The notes under the pieces are model-generated. The model searched no databases. It was given only the letters and a program-made list of their open reading frames with translations, and had not been told where the DNA came from. Of a stretch of DNA of 64,000 nt, positions 63,018-64,000 are shown piece by piece; the stretch's first letter is position 1, and each line of letters opens with the position of its first letter. Where the stretch lies: NCBI GenBank assembly GCA_963555825.3, contig CAUVXB020000001.1, forward strand, positions 544,001-608,000, given 5' to 3'. The DNA comes from Alphaproteobacteria bacterium (GTDB lineage: Bacteria; Pseudomonadota; Alphaproteobacteria; JAAXGF01). Made by a program: the position numbers and the translations under genes.

Positions 63018-64000
63018 GTGATCCAGAAGAATTGGCAGGAATTGATCAAACCGTCGAAGCTGAACATCGAGGCCGGCAAAGACGCCGAGCGCGAGGCGAC
63101 GATCGTTGCCGAACCGCTCGAACGCGGCTTCGGGCTGACGCTCGGCAACGCCTTGCGTCGCGTGCTCCTGTCGTCCCTGCAAGGCGCCGCAGTGAGCTCG
63201 ATCCAGATCGATGGCGTGCTACACGAATTCTCTTCGCTTCCCGGTGTGCGCGAGGACATTACCGACATCGTCCTGAACGTCAAATCGATGGGGTTGCGCA
63301 TGCATGGCGAAGGTCCCAAACGCATGTCGCTCGAGGCGACCGGCCCTGGCGAAATCACCGCCGGTGCCATCGACACGGGCCACGACATCGAGATCATGGA
63401 TACCGACCACCACATCTGCACACTCGACGAGGGCGCCAGCCTGACGATGGAGATGACGGTCGAGACCGGCAAGGGCTATGTCGCGGCGACGCAGAACCGC
63501 AGCGAAGACGCGCCGATCGGCCTGATCCCGGTCGACTCGCTGTTCAGTCCGGTGCGCAAGGTCGCGTATAAGGTCGAGAACGCGCGCGTCGGCCAGGTCA
63601 CCGACTACGACAAGCTTTTGATGCAGGTCGAGACCAATGGTGCGGTAGGGCCCGAGGACGCCGTGGCGCTCGCCGCGCGCATCCTGCAGGACCAGTTGCA
63701 GCTGTTCGTCAACTTCGACGAGCCAAGTGTCGCCGTCACCGATGAGCAAGCACCCGAGCCGGCGTTCAATCCGAACCTCCTGCGCAAGGTCGACGAACTC
63801 GAGCTTTCGGTCCGTTCGGCCAACTGCCTGAAGAACGACAATATCGTCTACATCGGCGATCTCGTTCAAAAGTCCGAACAGGAAATGCTCAGGACACCGA
63901 ACTTCGGCCGCAAGTCGCTGAACGAGATCAAGGAGGTGCTGGCGCAGATGGGCCTGCACCTCGGTATGGAAGTCGCCAATTGGCCGCCCGAAAACGTCGA
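63018..64000 (+). CDS. rpoA: RNA polymerase alpha subunit (runs off window end)
   Basis: GTG start; [37 protein letters not shown] read from the + strand. Confidence 0.98.
   Translation, partial: MIQKNWQELIKPSKLNIEAGKDAEREATIVAEPLERGFGLTLGNALRRVLLSSLQGAAVSSIQIDGVLHEFSSLPGVREDITDIVLNVKSMGLRMHGEGPKRMSLEATGPGEITAGAIDTGHDIEIMDTDHHICTLDEGASLTMEMTVETGKGYVAATQNRSEDAPIGLIPVDSLFSPVRKVAYKVENARVGQVTDYDKLLMQVETNGAVGPEDAVALAARILQDQLQLFVNFDEPSVAVTDEQAPEPAFNPNLLRKVDELELSVRSANCLKNDNIVYIGDLVQKSEQEMLRTPNFGRKSLNEIKEVLAQMGLHLGMEVANWPPENV

Noticed and set aside
61393-63018. Missing map, infA, rpmJ and rpsD in the spc/alpha region
   Set aside because: secY-adk-rpsM-rpsK-rpoA is the normal alphaproteobacterial order.

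Overview
High-GC alphaproteobacterial (Rhodospirillales-like, by inference) chromosome segment with two very different halves. Bases ~1-32,450 are accessory and metabolic DNA carrying at least nine IS copies or remnants: IS256 x2, an IS1595/IS1016-group element, IS630, IS1380 x3, an IS3/IS481-like element with an unusual 14-bp target duplication, and an ISKra4/ISLre2-like element. This half also has several truncated or frameshifted genes. Intact content includes a TetR-GGT / NitT-TauT ABC-SDR-FAH-PanE-like catabolic cluster, a homocysteine S-methyltransferase-family gene, a TPR/beta-barrel-FecR-CHASE2 adenylate cyclase signalling trio, C45 peptidase and CitE-like lyase genes, tRNA-Thr and rlmB. 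Bases ~32,450-64,000 are the IS-free translation/transcription superoperon: tRNA-Tyr, tRNA-Gly, tuf, tRNA-Trp, secE, nusG, rplKAJL, rpoBC, rpsLG, fusA, tuf, the S10 and spc operons, secY, adk, rpsM, rpsK and partial rpoA. The most promising leads are the trans-envelope cAMP module, the IS with the 14-bp duplication, repeated IS hits on promoter -10/operator sites, and an IS-truncated low-GC two-TM protein. All family calls come from motif recognition by eye, not database searches.
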